NCBI GenBank assembly: GCA_964035545.1
Contig: OZ037770.1
Location: forward strand, 248,001-312,000
Direction: 5' to 3'
DNA from: Bugula neritina
Lineage: Eukaryota; Animalia; Bryozoa
Length of the DNA: 64,000 nt
The notes below the pieces were generated by a model. The model ran no database searches. It was not told the DNA's origin and saw only the letters and a program-made list of their open reading frames with translations. Shown piece by piece: positions 61,601 to 64,000 of the stretch (the stretch's first letter is position 1; each line of letters opens with the position of its first letter). A program made the position numbers and the translations under genes.

Positions 61601-64000
61601 TACTCACTCTATCACTACTCACTCTATCACTAATCACTCTGTCACCACTCACTCCCTCACTATTCACTCTATCACTACTCACTCTATCACTACTCACTAT
61701 ATCACTACTCACTATATCACTACTCATTCTATCACGACTCACTCCCTCACTATAACCTTGCAGGACTCCCTACCAGATGACCAGTTCTCTACTCACTGGA
61801 ACCAGTTGTGTACCATCTTCACCAGACTATCCGCTCCAGCTTCCACCTCCCTCATCAAAAGGATCCAAAGAGAGGTTCTCTCATATGATGACCAGTCTTT
61901 CTACATCCAGGCCTTAGCTACGAGTCAAAGAGAGGAGGAGAATCTCGCACTTCTAGAGAAAAAGGCAATGCCAAGGAATCACGGCAACAGGTGAGATTAT
62001 GATCTGCAGTTCCACCTAGTCTCGCTCTCTAGGTTCAATATGTTTTATATTGTATTATATTATATTATATTATATTATATTATACTGTATTATATTGTAT
62101 TATATTATATTATATTATATTGTATTATATTATACTATATTATATTATATTATATTATATTGTATTATACTGTATTATATTATATTATATTGTATTATAT
62201 TATATTATATGTTATATTATATTATATTATATCATATTATATTATATCATATTATATTATATCATATTATATTATATTATATTATACTATATTATGTTAT
62301 ATTATATTATATTATATTATGTTATACTATATTGTATTGTATTGTGCCGTGCCGTGCCATACTGTACTGTGTTATACTATATTATACTATATTATACTGT
62401 ATTATATCATATTATGAAGCCACTTTGAATAATGATTTGTGAGCTAAAGATACGAAACTCTCAAATTAGTAGCTAGCAGTTTTCTGATTGACTTTTGAAT
62501 GTTTACCCCTCTAAGCATGTTTATTACTCTATGCTGTACGCCGGTTTACATATTCCTTCCTGTACGTCTGTCTGTACGTCTGTCTGTACGTCTACTGCAG
62601 ACGTGGTACTATTCAAGCTCTGAGAATGAAGCCAACTCTCAGGAAGAAATCCGGTACTTTTGTCGTTTCGAATAACCTTGAGCAGTCTTCTGCTAAGTTG
62701 AGTCAGAGGAAGAAGTCAACTGGAAGTAGAGTAACGTGGAGCATTGGAAACGGTACATCATACACCTACATTGTATACCTACCTATGTACTTACCTATAT
62801 ACTTACCTATATACTTACCTATATACTTACCTATATACCTACATTGTATACTTACCTATTTAATCATTGTGCTGGAGATGTATTCTGATATTCTGTAAAT
62901 CTAGGTCTTCCAGGATGTTCCAGTCTCTGTAGTTGATATGTCCAAGCTTTGTCAGTCTGGGTACATACTGACATTTAGTTAGTTTGGTGGTGTGACTATG
63001 AGATAGTTGCAGTTACAGCTGTAGAACTTATTGCAGTTGCTGCTGTAGAGCTCATTGCAGTTGCTGCTGTAGAGCTCATTGCAGTTGCTGCTGTAGAGCT
63101 CATTGCAGTTACAGCTGGTATAATACTGCCGATACTGTCACAGGCCTGGTCAGTGAAGACTCGAACACTCTCCTTGTCTGCTACAAGCTGCTGGTAGATA
63201 ACATTGAGGCAGAAGTTTGTTTGGAGTATTTACTGGATCAGCGAGTCATCACGGCAGACGAAAAGAGTAGAGTCACTTCCTGTCAACGGAACGAGCAGAA
63301 GATGAAGGCAAGTCACTCTGTATACTCTGTATACTCTGTATTATACTCTGCAGTATACTCTGTATTATACTCTGTATACTCTACTCTGTATACTCTACTC
63401 TGTATACTCTGTATACTAAAGTTACACATATTATATTATACTACACAGGAGCTACTCGAGCTGTTAACCAATAAGAATGCCGGAGCTTACAAGGAGATTC
63501 TGAGAGCCGTAGAGTCAGCGTACCCCGAGGTGGCAGCAGAAATCAAAAACAAACACTCCACTCTGACAGCGTGTCCGGCCCTCAAGTCTACTGGTCAGAT
63601 ATATTTACTTCCTGTCATGTCATCATGTGATGTCATCCTGTGATGTCATCATGTGATGTCATATCTGTTTGTTATTAGTTGACGTTATGCAGTCTTTATA
63701 ATTCAATCAAACACTCGGTCAAACTTTCTAGACAGTCATATCATAGTGATGTCATAGTGATGTCATAGTGATGTCATAATGATGTCATAGTGATGTCATA
63801 GTGATGTCATAGTGATGTCATAGTGATAGCTTGTGTGGTTGTTTGCACTATTATATAATAAATTGATGTCACTGTATTTGTTTTTGTCATGTTTAGAGTT
63901 TTCTCCTCAACCTACTATTATATCTGTAGATATCCGAGCATATCTGAAGAGACACGTACAGTCTATGTATTCCACTCTGTGCTCCGAGATCCAACCGTAC
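58700..64000 (+). CDS. DZIP3-type HEPN + CARD protein with long disordered N-terminus; partial, possibly an NLR/STAND receptor
   Basis: Exons 58700-59911, 60432-60669, 60955-61178, 61764-61990, 62601-62752 (donor uncertain), 63144-63307 (GC donor), 63449-63593, 63930->64000. HEPN_DZIP3-like segment: THYALLCRLVVEAGNLVLNSVFNKIYPP...HWELLYP...SDNFSSTLLVILLKSICHLSPPYPNGWKDLPLPGDKGLSADLARISWYRRHVASM...DDQFSTHWNQLCTIFTRL. CARD-like segment: LLVCYKLLVDNIEAEVCLEYLLDQRVITADEKSRVTSCQRNEQKMKELLELLTNKNAGAYKEILRAVESAYPEVAAEI. Confidence 0.8.
60660..60865. repeat. 38-bp tandem repeat that duplicates the exon end and donor (AAATCTCAAG|GTAAGTACAGAAGTGTATGTAGTGTAGT), about 5 copies
   Basis: Direct observation. 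Confidence 0.93.
61186..61752. repeat. Intronic minisatellite, 15-bp unit (CACTACTCACTCTRT)
   Basis: Tandem copies; same family as USP5 intron 15. Confidence 0.95.
62045..62415. repeat. (TATAT/TATTA)n pentanucleotide intronic repeat
   Basis: Direct observation. Confidence 0.92.

Noticed and set aside
62900-62962. Possible extra exon in the HEPN-CARD gene
   Set aside because: The phases do not fit the flanking exons, and 62752 joins 63144 in frame without it.

Overview
This window is intron-rich DNA from an invertebrate animal, not a prokaryote. I assembled six protein-coding genes by hand from GT-AG (one GC-AG) junctions with consistent exon phases. In order: (1) a CARD-domain gene on the minus strand, running off the left edge; (2) a divergently transcribed TRAF (degenerate RING, TRAF zinc fingers, coiled coil, MATH); (3) RERE/Atrophin on the minus strand (BAH-ELM2-SANT-GATA-Atrophin); (4) a CDCA3/Tome-1-like gene on the minus strand; (5) USP5/isopeptidase T, head-to-head with CDCA3 across a CHR/E2F/CCAAT promoter; (6) a gene with a long disordered N-terminus, a DZIP3-type HEPN domain and a CARD, running off the right edge and possibly an NLR/STAND receptor. 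Many internal introns are filled by their own private minisatellite, most often with 21-bp or 15-bp units. Several arrays are visibly copied from the adjacent splice junction. Several MITE-type elements are present, including a duplicated one and a nested pair. Most long ORFs in the supplied track are translations of these intronic repeats. The main leads are: the Atrophin-CDCA3><USP5 linkage that mirrors human 12p13; the HEPN-CARD gene with two in-frame, stop-free introns inside its domains; splice-junction-seeded intronic satellites; the SP-RING-like TRAF; and a D-box/ABBA/KEN degron triad in CDCA3. No database searches were run, so homology calls rest on motif recognition.
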